From the NCBI GenBank assembly GCA_003221895.1, contig QHUJ01000121.1, forward strand, positions 5,847-69,846: DNA of 64,000 nucleotides, read 5' to 3'. Below are positions 34,602-43,469 of this stretch, piece after piece. The DNA comes from Gemmatimonadota bacterium (lineage in GTDB: Bacteria; Gemmatimonadota; Gemmatimonadetes; Gemmatimonadales; GWC2-71-9). Each line of letters starts with the position of its first letter. Positions within the stretch are counted from its first letter, which is position 1. A model generated the notes under the pieces. It made no database searches. It saw nothing but the letters and a program-made list of their open reading frames with translations, and was not told the DNA's origin. A program made the position numbers and the translations under genes.

Positions 34602-37283
34602 TTATCGATTCGGTCCTATCAAGATCGCATTCGTTAACAGCTTCGCCGGTCCCCGCCAAAAAGCCCGAAACAGCGGATCGCTCAAGAACACCACCACCCG
34701 GCCGCTGCCCTGATTCTCCACCGCAGCCCACGTCGATCCCTTGAGCAGCCGCGCGGTGTTGTCGGGCCACGTGAATCCTGAGAGCACCAGCGAATCTACC
34801 GGATCGCTGAAGGCGGCCGCGTTGGCGCCGCTCTTGGACGGCTTCCAGAACGTATCGCCGTCGATGAATACGGGCAGGCGGCTCCGGTCGTAGCCGAGCG
34901 TGAGCCAGTGTGTGGTATCGAGCGTCGCCCGGAAGATCGCGCCCGGAATCCATTCCAGGCGATCACGCGGAGGAGCTGTCGGAGAAAGGAGCGACGGCTC
35001 TGTGCCTGGTGCCGTCGTATCCGCCTTCGCGCCGCTATCGGGTCCAACAGCAGCGATCGTGGACAGGCCCACGTCTTTGTTGGCGGCCAGCAGACCGGCG
35101 CCACCATAGCCGATCAGGACACCACCGGATCGCACCCAGGCCTTGAGCTTCTCCACGCCATCGTCGCCCAGCTCACGGCGCATGCGGCCGCTGTTACCGT
35201 CCGGGATGATCAGCACATTGAAGCTCTGCAGGTCGTCCATCCGGCCAATCGCCCGTAGCGGGACCGGTGTAAACGGCGTGTTCAGCTCGCGCGCTAGGAA
35301 ATACCACAGCCAGCCATAGCTCGTTTCGTAGACACCGTCGCCGGCGCCGACCAGGATGGTCGGCGCATGGAGGGCAACCACCTCACCCGAACCGATTCCC
35401 ACGTCGGCGCTGTCTGGAAATGCCGTCTGCACGGGCGAGACCATGAGGCCGAGTGACGGGCCGAGGGCGGCAATGCGGTCGTGGAGCGCGGCACCGTTGC
35501 GCTGCGGCCGGGCTACGAACGTCCCGCGTGGGTAGGTACGGCCGGCAGCCTGAATGGGCCGGGTCGCGATGGCCAGCTTGAAGCCCTCGGCCTCGAGCGC
35601 GATTGCAAGCCGAGCGGCACCGGGCTGCTCGTTGGAGAAGACGTATGCGGTCGCGGCCCGCGCCGGCGCCGGCGGCGCCGGCGGCACCGTGTCGGTCACC
35701 GCGTCGCCGCCCGCGCCGGCGTCTTCGGTCCAGTACGCGTCGAGATTGAACGACAACGGCAACGACCACGCCGTAATGTCGTAGAAGCCGTAGTCCTCTT
35801 TGTCGGCATCTTCGCCGCGGCGCCGGTTGCGCTGAAATTTGGCGACCTCACGATCGACGAAGGTGCGCTGTAGCTCCGCCTCCGGCTCGAGCAACGTCTT
35901 GGCGATGCGGCGTTGCGGCTGATTCAAATCGATGACATAGCTTCCCGCCGGGAATGAGCGTGCCGTTCCCGGGCGGCGGGGACTCAGATAACTGTGGGCG
36001 GCGCGTGAGGCGAGCGGCTGGCGCAGTCGCGTGACTTCGATGCCGTTGCGCAGCAGCAGTCCGACGACGTGCATCGCCGACTGCGGATCGTTGCCGGGAA
36101 CGATCACCACGCGCTTGAGACGATCCGTCGCTGCTTCCGTCATGGCCGAGCGGCGAAATTCGTAGTAGTCCTGCAGCCGGCTCTGGCGGTTTTTGGCGGT
36201 CGTCTCGAGCGTCGCGAGCGAGGCGACGAAGTGGTGGGCGATGCCGTCGCGAAACGTGGTGATCGAGCCGTCGTCGCGGCGCTTGCGGAACTCCGGCCCT
36301 CCGTCCGTCTCGTACGTCATCCCAGTGGCGCCCTGGAAGGTGGACCATTCGTCCCAGTAGCCGACGTAGAAGAAGTCGAAGATGCCCCGCACGAAATACT
36401 GCCAGCCGTACTTGTCGAAGGCCGCCGCATTGCCCCTGCCGTACGTGTCGAACCACTTCGTCGTCTGAGCCGGCAGGTTCATGTTCACCGCCTGCGCGAC
36501 CGGCGGGAAGAAGAAGTTCGGGGTCGTCGAGTGATGGTCCACGAACACCTGCGGATGCCAGCGCAAAATCCCATCCATCATGGCGCGCACTTCCGGCTGG
36601 CTCTGCGCCACGAGATCGCGGTTCATGTCGAAGCGGAAATGGCTGTAGCGCCCCGTGATGCTCCACGGCTCGTTCTGCTCGAACGCCCAGGGATGATCGG
36701 CGCCCACGGCCACCGAGTTGTACCAGGCGGAGAACCGCTCGTGGCCATCGGGATTGGCCGATGGATTGAGCACGACGACCACCGACTTGAGAATCTCGAG
36801 CGTCTGCGGCTCGTCGGACGCGGCCAGCTGGTAGGCGACCTGCATCGCGGCCTCGAAACCGGCCGGCTCGTCACCGTGCACCGAGTACTGGAATAGCGCG
36901 ATCGCCGGCGACTGCGCCGCAATCGTCGCGGCCTGTGCGGGCGATGTTTTGCGCGGGTCAGCCAGCGATCCAATCTGGGCTCTGATCTGATCGAGCTTGG
37001 CGAGGTTTGCGGGATCGGAGATGATCAGGGCCCGGATCGGCCTGTATTCCGTCGTCCTGCCCCAGGTCTCAATGCGCACGCGATCACTCGCCGTCGCCAC
37101 GAGGGTGTCGAGATAGTGTTGCATCACTGCGTACATCGTGTGCTGGTCGCCGGCCGCGTATCCGGTAATCGCCTCGGGGCGGGGGACCGCGGCCCGATAG
37201 GGGCCGCGGGAGTAGAAGTCGAACGGCTCCTGGGCAGCAAGAGGGCCCACCAGGACCAACGCGACGAGGAGAGCCGGGCGCAT
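34602..37283 (-). CDS. M14-family zinc carboxypeptidase-like protein with a large C-terminal extension, secreted
   Basis: Signal peptide is MRPALLVALVLVGPLAAQ. The zinc motif is VHGDEPAG, with a downstream HH at VDHHS. Length is 893 aa. Confidence 0.75.
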   Translation of the reverse strand: MRPALLVALVLVGPLAAQEPFDFYSRGPYRAAVPRPEAITGYAAGDQHTMYAVMQHYLDTLVATASDRVRIETWGRTTEYRPIRALIISDPANLAKLDQIRAQIGSLADPRKTSPAQAATIAAQSPAIALFQYSVHGDEPAGFEAAMQVAYQLAASDEPQTLEILKSVVVVLNPSANPDGHERFSAWYNSVAVGADHPWAFEQNEPWSITGRYSHFRFDMNRDLVAQSQPEVRAMMDGILRWHPQVFVDHHSTTPNFFFPPVAQAVNMNLPAQTTKWFDTYGRGNAAAFDKYGWQYFVRGIFDFFYVGYWDEWSTFQGATGMTYETDGGPEFRKRRDDGSITTFRDGIAHHFVASLATLETTAKNRQSRLQDYYEFRRSAMTEAATDRLKRVVIVPGNDPQSAMHVVGLLLRNGIEVTRLRQPLASRAAHSYLSPRRPGTARSFPAGSYVIDLNQPQRRIAKTLLEPEAELQRTFVDREVAKFQRNRRRGEDADKEDYGFYDITAWSLPLSFNLDAYWTEDAGAGGDAVTDTVPPAPPAPARAATAYVFSNEQPGAARLAIALEAEGFKLAIATRPIQAAGRTYPRGTFVARPQRNGAALHDRIAALGPSLGLMVSPVQTAFPDSADVGIGSGEVVALHAPTILVGAGDGVYETSYGWLWYFLARELNTPFTPVPLRAIGRMDDLQSFNVLIIPDGNSGRMRRELGDDGVEKLKAWVRSGGVLIGYGGAGLLAANKDVGLSTIAAVGPDSGAKADTTAPGTEPSLLSPTAPPRDRLEWIPGAIFRATLDTTHWLTLGYDRSRLPVFIDGDTFWKPSKSGANAAAFSDPVDSLVLSGFTWPDNTARLLKGSTWAAVENQGSGRVVVFLSDPLFRAFWRGPAKLLTNAILIGPNR

Positions 37284-37313
37284 GACAGTCCTTCAGAACG
37301 AATGTTGGCCGAG

Positions 37314-37359
37314 CCCACCCTTCAGGGTGGGAATGGACAGAGCCCACCCTGGAGGGTGG
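37314..37359. repeat. Two tandem copies of a short palindromic unit (REP-like or terminator-like) downstream of the kinase gene
   Basis: The units are CCCACCC-TTCA-GGGTGGG (37314-37331) and CCACCC-TGGA-GGGTGG (37344-37359). Each is preceded by GAGC or AGAGC. No U-tract follows on the minus strand. Confidence 0.5.
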
Positions 37360-37362
37360 AGA

Positions 37363-39282
37363 CTACCGACGCCGCGCTGCCGGTAGCGCTTGGTCGAAAG
37401 AAGCGAACTCGAAGGGCTTGGGAACGCAAGGCCGGCCGGTGCCGTCGAGGAAACGCTTCATCTGCTCGTTCACGAGGTCGCCGGTCGTGAAAATCACTCG
37501 CTCCGCGTGGCCGGGGTCGCCGCTGCGGAGTCGCTCGTACAGTTGCTCACCGGAAAGGTCGGGCATGCGCATGTCTACGATGACGGCATCGTATTTCGCG
37601 TCGCGCAGGCGCACGAGGGCATCCTCGCCGCTGGCCGTCGTTTCGACGTGATGCCCGCGACCCGCCAGGTACCGCTGCAGCGAGACGCGCACGGATGCCT
37701 CGTCGTCTACGACCAGGACCCGAAGGCTGTCGTTCCCGCTCGCCGCCTGCACGTGTGTGATCGCCGGCATTTCTCCCGACGTCCGTGCTTGGATGATCGG
37801 CAGCTCCACGATAAAGCGCGCCCCGCTCGACGCCACGTTCTCGGCCCAGATCCGGCCCTCGTGCTCGCGCACGATGCCGAGGGAGATCGAGAGGCCGAGC
37901 CCCGTGCCCGAGCCGGTCGGCTTGGTCGTGAAGAACGGATTGAAGATCCGCTCGATGAGGTTCGCCGGTATGCCGCCGCCGGTATCCTCGACCTCGATGC
38001 GAACCGCCTCGCCGTTGCGGCGCGTGCGGACGGTCAACCGGTGGTGGTGGCCGTCGCGCTGCTCCATCGCCTGCTCGGCGTTCGTGATGAGGTTGAGGAA
38101 GACCTGCTGCAGCTGGTGCGCGTCCGCCATCGTGTCGGCGAGGCTGTCGTCGTACTCGCGGCGCACGTCAATGCCGCGCACCCGGAGCTCATAGCCGCGC
38201 AGCTCCAGCGTGTCGTCGAGCACCTGGTTGATCGAGGTCGGGACCTTCTCGGCTTTGTGCTGGCGCGCAAACGTCAGCAGGTTCTGCACGATGCGGCTGG
38301 CGCGGCGGGCTTCGCTGTAAATCGTCTCCGCCGCCGTGCGCTGGTCGGGCGGGAATTTCTTCTCCGCCAGCAGCAGCTGGGCGAACGCCGAGATACCGGC
38401 CAGCGGGTTGTTGAGCTCGTGCGCGACGCCGGAGACGAGCTGCCCGATCGCGGACATCTTCTCCGACTGGATGAGCTGTTCCTGGAGCATCTTCTGGTCG
38501 GTGACGTCGCGAATGAGGCAGAGCACTTCCTCGTCCTTCTGCGGCGTCGAGTAGGTGATCGAGATGGTGCGGACTTCGCCGTCCTTGCGGTAGAACTGCG
38601 AGTCGAACAGCCCGGTCTCGCCGGCCAGTGCCTGCTGGAAGTGGCCGAGCGCCTTTGGCAGGTCGTCGTCGGGGAGCATGGGCGCGAACCACTGCCCGAC
38701 CAGCTCCTCGCGCTTGTAGCCTGAGATGTTTTCCGCGGCGTGGTTCACGGTGGTGAAGCGGCCATTCGCGTCGAGCGTCACGATCGCGTCGGACGCGGAT
38801 TCGACGAGGTGGCGGTAGCGGGCCTCGGAGCGCGCCAGTGTTTCTTGAGCGCGTTTCGGATCGGTGACGTCCCGCAGCGTGGCGACCGTGCCGATCAATT
38901 CACCGTCGACCCGGAAGGGTCCGCTCGACACCGCCACGTCGCGCTCTTCTTTCGTGCGGTGATTGAGGACGCGTGTTTCGTAGCGCTGTGGCTCACCGGC
39001 GAGGACCTTGTCCTCGCGTGCGGCGACGTGGTTGCGCTCACTCGGAGAGACCTGATCGGCTATGGCCTGCCCGACGATATCGGTGACGGTCCAGCCCAGC
39101 AGCTCGGCACCGGCTTCATTCGCGGCCAGCACTCGCCGGTCTGTCCCCGTCACCACCATCGCGTCCGGTAGGGCGGCCACGATGTCCGCTGCCGCCTGCA
39201 GCAGATCGAGCCGCGCGCGCTTCGGCGGAGCGGTGGTAGGGCGGGTAACCCGCGCGGGCGAAACGCGGCGAGCCTTACTCAC
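37363..39282 (-). CDS. Cytoplasmic hybrid sensor histidine kinase (2x PAS, HisKA, HATPase, REC)
   Basis: The H-box is SGVAHELNNPL. N and G boxes are NLITNAEQA and DTGGGI...GTGLGLS. The C-terminal REC has VLVVDDE and VIVDMRMPDLSG. A GTG start overlaps the upstream stop (GTGA). Confidence 0.9.
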   Translation of the reverse strand: MSKARRVSPARVTRPTTAPPKRARLDLLQAAADIVAALPDAMVVTGTDRRVLAANEAGAELLGWTVTDIVGQAIADQVSPSERNHVAAREDKVLAGEPQRYETRVLNHRTKEERDVAVSSGPFRVDGELIGTVATLRDVTDPKRAQETLARSEARYRHLVESASDAIVTLDANGRFTTVNHAAENISGYKREELVGQWFAPMLPDDDLPKALGHFQQALAGETGLFDSQFYRKDGEVRTISITYSTPQKDEEVLCLIRDVTDQKMLQEQLIQSEKMSAIGQLVSGVAHELNNPLAGISAFAQLLLAEKKFPPDQRTAAETIYSEARRASRIVQNLLTFARQHKAEKVPTSINQVLDDTLELRGYELRVRGIDVRREYDDSLADTMADAHQLQQVFLNLITNAEQAMEQRDGHHHRLTVRTRRNGEAVRIEVEDTGGGIPANLIERIFNPFFTTKPTGSGTGLGLSISLGIVREHEGRIWAENVASSGARFIVELPIIQARTSGEMPAITHVQAASGNDSLRVLVVDDEASVRVSLQRYLAGRGHHVETTASGEDALVRLRDAKYDAVIVDMRMPDLSGEQLYERLRSGDPGHAERVIFTTGDLVNEQMKRFLDGTGRPCVPKPFEFASFDQALPAARRR

Positions 39283-39956
39283 GCGTAATAAGAAGCCTCC
39301 ATCGAGTGTTTCATCAGCTTGAGACTATCGAGCGCGACCTTCGTGACTTGCTCGGGCGTGTCGGTACCCCGTTTCACGCAGTCCTTGATGATCTCGAGCG
39401 CATGGATGGGGTGCTCATCGTCGTACTTCGCGTGTTCCTCGAGCCACCAGCGGCCCCGCGGCCCGATCCTCTCGTTCTTGGCGAGGCCCCGTAGCGCCTT
39501 CTCGGAAATCTTCTGGGCGACACCCTCGACGGCATAATTCGTCGCCGACACCGCCTGCCCGAACTCCGCGTTGCGGCACATCTCGGTCAGGTAGGCGTGG
39601 AATTTCTTGACCTCCGGAAGCATCGGCTCGGGCTCCTGGAACCGCTTCTTGTGAACGTTGAAACCGTCGCCCATGGCACGCCACATCGCGTCGTGGCGCC
39701 GCTCCACCCGGATGTTGTCGGTGAAAAACGACTTTCCCATGGACGGTGAGCGGTCCAGCAGCACCTGCAGCCATTGTGGGAAGTCACGGATAATGGGATA
39801 GAAGGCGACGAGGAAGTTCTGGATCTGCCCATCGACGAGCTGGTTCTCAGAAGCATCAACGATGACTGGCGTGTCGAGGATAGCCTGACGGTTAGGCTCT
39901 AGGGTGGCGTCCAGCTCCGCCACCCAGGTGGGGTGGGGCGTCACTTGCACAGCCAT
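39279..39956 (-). CDS. Heme-oxygenase-like fold, putative diiron (HDO / CADD / PqqC-like iron-containing redox enzyme family) protein
   Basis: The ATG at 39956 follows GGAGAGGAG. Candidate ligand motifs are RVERRH, NYAVEG, and an H-x3-D-x2-H (HAKYDDEH). FYPIIRDFPQWL is typical of this fold. Confidence 0.6.
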   Translation of the reverse strand: MAVQVTPHPTWVAELDATLEPNRQAILDTPVIVDASENQLVDGQIQNFLVAFYPIIRDFPQWLQVLLDRSPSMGKSFFTDNIRVERRHDAMWRAMGDGFNVHKKRFQEPEPMLPEVKKFHAYLTEMCRNAEFGQAVSATNYAVEGVAQKISEKALRGLAKNERIGPRGRWWLEEHAKYDDEHPIHALEIIKDCVKRGTDTPEQVTKVALDSLKLMKHSMEASYYA

Positions 39957-40143
39957 TGCTGCTCCTCTCCGAGGGCGCGGGGGGGGCCTGAAGCACGGGT
40001 CCGGCGTGGGTGGAATGTATGAATGGGACCACAACATGCAAGCTCAAGCCGGATCGTGACTTGGCACACAACGTTAGGACGATGGGGTTGACAAGATATA
40101 TCGTCCAAGAATATCGTGGCGTAACATCTAACATGAGGCGGAG

Positions 40144-40707
40144 ATGGGCGGGAAGTTCGGCTGGGAGGGGTTCGGTTTTGCGTTCGGTCCGCGCGCGTGG
40201 GGGTTCCGCGCCGGTCGCGGCGGGCATCGCAGGCGGCAGTGGTTCGGCGCCGGCGACATGAAGTACGTCATCCTGAAGCTGTTGCGGGACAAGCCACGTC
40301 ACGGCTACGAAGTCATGAAGGAGTTGGAGGAGCGGATGCACGGGTGCTATTCCCCATCGCCTGGCACCGTTTATCCCACGCTGCAATGGCTCGAGGACGA
40401 AGGTCTCGTGGTGGGGCGTGACGTCGACGGCAAGAAGGTCTACGAAATCACCGACACAGGACGGACTTTTTTGGACGAGAACAAAGACACCGTCGAAGAC
40501 ATCTTCGATCGAGTGCGCGAGACGGTCGAGCGGACCGTGGGTGGCTCGATGGTCGAAGTGAACCGCGCCCTTGGGCAGCTGGTAAAGACGGTTTACCGCA
40601 CGGGCTGGAAGGCCAGTGACGAAGCGCGCAAGCGCGTCGCCGAAGCGCTCGCCAAGGCTACGGCGGAGATTGAGGCACTAGCAAAAGGTCCTGAAAGTCA
40701 AAGCTGA
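40144..40707 (+). CDS. PadR-family transcriptional regulator with a Gly/Trp/Arg-rich N-terminal extension
   Basis: The winged helix is ILKLLRDKPRHGYEVMKELEER...GTVYPTLQWLEDEGLV. The alternative start at the ATG at 40258 would remove the extension. Confidence 0.8.
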   Translation: MGGKFGWEGFGFAFGPRAWGFRAGRGGHRRRQWFGAGDMKYVILKLLRDKPRHGYEVMKELEERMHGCYSPSPGTVYPTLQWLEDEGLVVGRDVDGKKVYEITDTGRTFLDENKDTVEDIFDRVRETVERTVGGSMVEVNRALGQLVKTVYRTGWKASDEARKRVAEALAKATAEIEALAKGPESQS

Positions 40708-42238
40708 AGTCGGTCGCCGGTGACACGGGGACCATCTTCACCTGATCGATGGATCCATCCGGCTTGAGCGCGAAGCTGACGTAGGCGTCGGCGCGCAGCT
40801 CGCGGTCGCGCCACCGCGCGATGAATGTGTCGTACTGGAAGTGCACGAGATCTCCGGTGAGCGATGGTGAGTGGGAGAACCGCATCACCAGCTTGCCGGA
40901 CTCGAGCGCGATGGTCACATCGCCGTACCAGGCATCACGGTAGGTTCCCGCATACTTCTCGAGTGCCAGCGATGGTCGCGAAGTGCTGTCTCGCTTCGCG
41001 ACCGCGCTGCGCTCCTCGGCCTGAATCGCGGAATCGCCGCGAGCTTTGACCACCTTGTACGCGGCGGCCCAATCCGTCGGCGCGGCGCCCAGGAAATGAT
41101 CGAGCAACCGCCAGCTGATTGCCTCGAACGCCTCCCCTGACTCCTGGTTCGTCAGCACGGCGACGCCGAGCTTCTTGTCCGGAATCAGCGATATGCGCGA
41201 GACGTAACCGGGCAGCCCACCGGTGTGCCACACCATCTTGGAGCCCCGATAGTCGCGCAGAAAAAACCCGAGCCCATATCCCGTGAAGCTCGCCCTGAGC
41301 GCGGCGAGCTCGGCCGGCGGGTTGCCTGGCCGCAACGGCGTCACGACGGACCAGAGATTCCGCGCGGTGTTTTGAGAGAACAGCCGGCCGCTGGCGAGGC
41401 GGCCGGAGTCGAGCTGCACGATCATCCATTTCGCGATGTCAGTTGCGCTCGAGTTGATGCCACCCGCCGGGTTGGTATTGTCGCTCGCGAATGGCGCGAC
41501 GGGCCGCACTGTGCCGTCCACAGGTGCATGCGGCGTCGCGACGTTGCCGCCGGCCGCTGACGCTGAATGACGCACGCTGCTCCCCGTCATCCCAATCTTC
41601 GCGAGAATTCTCGACTGGACGAACTCTTCCCACGTCTGGCCGGACACCGTTTCGATCACTTCACCCGCGACCCCGTAGAGCACGTTGTCATAGGCGAATG
41701 CGCTGCGGAAACTCGTGGCCGGCTTGATGAAGCGGAGCCGCCTGGCGATCTCCTTGCGGTCGTACGTCGACGTCGGCCACCACAGCAGGTCGCCGGCGCC
41801 GAGGCCCAGGCCACTGCGGTGCACGAGCAGGTCGCGGATGGTGAGCTCGCGGGTGACGTACGGATCGTACATCGCGAACCACGGCAGGTAGTCGATCACG
41901 GGGGCGTCCCACCGGAGCTTGCCGTCCTCAACCAGGATGCCGAGGGCGGTGGCGGTAAACGCCTTCGTATTCGACGCGATGCCGAAGAGCGTCTTGTCGT
42001 CGACGGGAGCAGGATCGCCCAGCTTGCGGACGCCGTAGCCTTTGGCGAGCAGTACGCGGCCATCTTGCACGACGGCGATCGCGAGGCCGGGGACTTCGAA
42101 ATCGCGCATCACGCGGGCGACGTACGCGTCGAAATCGCGGGGTACGGCAGTCGGTGATCCGGCGCGTTGCGCCGGCAACTCCGCCGCGCCGAGGCTCAGG
42201 ACGGCCGCCACAAACAGCGCTGGAATGGGTGTGTTCAT
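40658..42238 (-). CDS. Serine hydrolase of the class-C beta-lactamase / penicillin-binding protein family, secreted
   Basis: Start was chosen at the ATG at 42238, which gives the signal MNTPIPALFVAAVLSLGAAELPAQ. It has S-x-x-K (ASNTKAF) and Y-x-N (AYDNV). Its 3' end overlaps PadR by 50 nt. Confidence 0.8.
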   Translation of the reverse strand: MNTPIPALFVAAVLSLGAAELPAQRAGSPTAVPRDFDAYVARVMRDFEVPGLAIAVVQDGRVLLAKGYGVRKLGDPAPVDDKTLFGIASNTKAFTATALGILVEDGKLRWDAPVIDYLPWFAMYDPYVTRELTIRDLLVHRSGLGLGAGDLLWWPTSTYDRKEIARRLRFIKPATSFRSAFAYDNVLYGVAGEVIETVSGQTWEEFVQSRILAKIGMTGSSVRHSASAAGGNVATPHAPVDGTVRPVAPFASDNTNPAGGINSSATDIAKWMIVQLDSGRLASGRLFSQNTARNLWSVVTPLRPGNPPAELAALRASFTGYGLGFFLRDYRGSKMVWHTGGLPGYVSRISLIPDKKLGVAVLTNQESGEAFEAISWRLLDHFLGAAPTDWAAAYKVVKARGDSAIQAEERSAVAKRDSTSRPSLALEKYAGTYRDAWYGDVTIALESGKLVMRFSHSPSLTGDLVHFQYDTFIARWRDRELRADAYVSFALKPDGSIDQVKMVPVSPATDFSFDFQDLLLVPQSPP

Positions 42239-42479
42239 GAGGCGCACAAAGCTGCCTGCCGCCTTGGTGATGCGGAAGTGTCGCGATGCTGCTCGAACGT
42301 TAGAAGAGAATTAACGAAGCCAGACCCAGACCGTGGACTTCGGCGATCGGTTGTCCATCGATATCGCGCACCTCACCGCGTACAGTGCTTATCCCGGTTA
42401 TCCCGATTGGGCCGGAGGGGAACGGGAAGAAGAACCCATGCGATGACGACGCCGCGGAGGATGTACCGCATTGCAAGTA

Positions 42480-43469
42480 CTACACGTCTAGACCAGGCGT
42501 GGTTCTGCGGTCGCGCAACTGCTGTAGCGCACGAGAGACATATACTCGAGTCATCTGCTTGCGCCACGAGAGATCGAAATCGGTGTTGTCCATCGGCTTG
42601 GACGGACGGTAGGCCTCCTCCGCGGCTGCGGCGATCGATTCGTCGGAGAGCGCCCCTCCCCTGAGCGCGGTACCCGCCTCCGGAACCTCCTGCGGATAAC
42701 TGGCGACGCCGCCCAGCACGATGCGGGCATCGGCGACCGTCTTCCGATTCCACTGTATCCAGACCGCGACGCCGAGCACGGGAAAATCAAAGGAGCCGCG
42801 ACGCCGCAGCTTATGGTAGACGGCGTCCCAGCCGTTCGGCTTTGGGATCCTCACGTCGACCAGGATTTCGTCGGGCTGTTTCGTCAGATAGTTGATCCCG
42901 TCGTTGTGATAGAACCGCCCGGCGGGCACCACGCGCTCGCCCTGTGGGCCGAGCAAGCGGTACTCGGCACCGATCGCAACCATCACCGGAGCCACGTCGG
43001 ACGAGCTGACCGCCCAGCAGCGCGGTGAGGACGGTGCCACCCAGCAGATGTGGCCGTCCTTCTTCATGCAAAAGTCGATTGATTTCCGCCACTCATACGT
43101 CTGGTTGTAGTAGTTGCAGCGGGTATCGAGGCAGAGATTGCCGCCGAGCGTGCCCATGTTGCGGAGCAACGGGGTGGAAACGAGCCGAGCGGCGGTGGAT
43201 ACTGCGGCGGTCAGGCGGTCAGGCGGTCGGGCGGTCAGTTCACTCAGCGTGAGACATGCGCCGAGCGTTGTACTTTCGACGCGCCGCAGCTCCGGAATGC
43301 CCATCAGCGAGATCACCGTCTTCGGCTCCTGATGGCGGCGCTTCATGTTGGGATAGAGGTCGGTGCCCCCGGCGACGAACATGGCGTCCGGCCCGGCGTC
43401 CGCCTTCATCCGAAGCGCGTCAGCGAGTGACTTCGGTTCGAGATAGGTGAAGAAAGGGAGGCGCAGCAC
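42480..43469 (-). CDS. FAD-binding (medium) subunit of a xanthine-dehydrogenase-family molybdoenzyme, HcrB-like with an extra Cys cluster
   Basis: The GTG at 43469 overlaps the large-subunit stop (TAGTG). The FAD motif is FVAGGTDLYPNMK. The inserted cluster is C-x4-C-x15-C-x7-C-x8-C (NLCLDTRCNYYNQ...FCMKKDGHICWVAPSSPRCW). Only the last 329 aa of the 853-aa track ORF are taken as real. Confidence 0.8.
   Translation of the reverse strand: MLRLPFFTYLEPKSLADALRMKADAGPDAMFVAGGTDLYPNMKRRHQEPKTVISLMGIPELRRVESTTLGACLTLSELTARPPDRLTAAVSTAARLVSTPLLRNMGTLGGNLCLDTRCNYYNQTYEWRKSIDFCMKKDGHICWVAPSSPRCWAVSSSDVAPVMVAIGAEYRLLGPQGERVVPAGRFYHNDGINYLTKQPDEILVDVRIPKPNGWDAVYHKLRRRGSFDFPVLGVAVWIQWNRKTVADARIVLGGVASYPQEVPEAGTALRGGALSDESIAAAAEEAYRPSKPMDNTDFDLSWRKQMTRVYVSRALQQLRDRRTTPGLDV

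Noticed and set aside
39957-40143. Possible PadR operator and promoter elements in the HDO/PadR divergent region. These are TTGACA at about 40090, direct ATATCGT repeats, and ATGT...ACAT dyads.
   Set aside because: The spacing does not fit the ATGT-N8-ACAT PadR consensus I remember. The hexamers are individually weak, so this is too speculative to call as a feature.
42373-42471. A 32-aa hydrophobic mini-ORF (MRYILRGVVIAWVLLPVPLRPNRDNRDKHCTR) in the 241-nt gap downstream of the FAD-subunit gene. The same gap holds the tandem TTATCCCG repeats at 42389-42407.
   Set aside because: It has no Shine-Dalgarno sequence and no support beyond hydrophobicity. The gap is more simply the terminator and promoter region between two minus-strand transcription units. 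I did not find tRNA-like or riboswitch-like features there.
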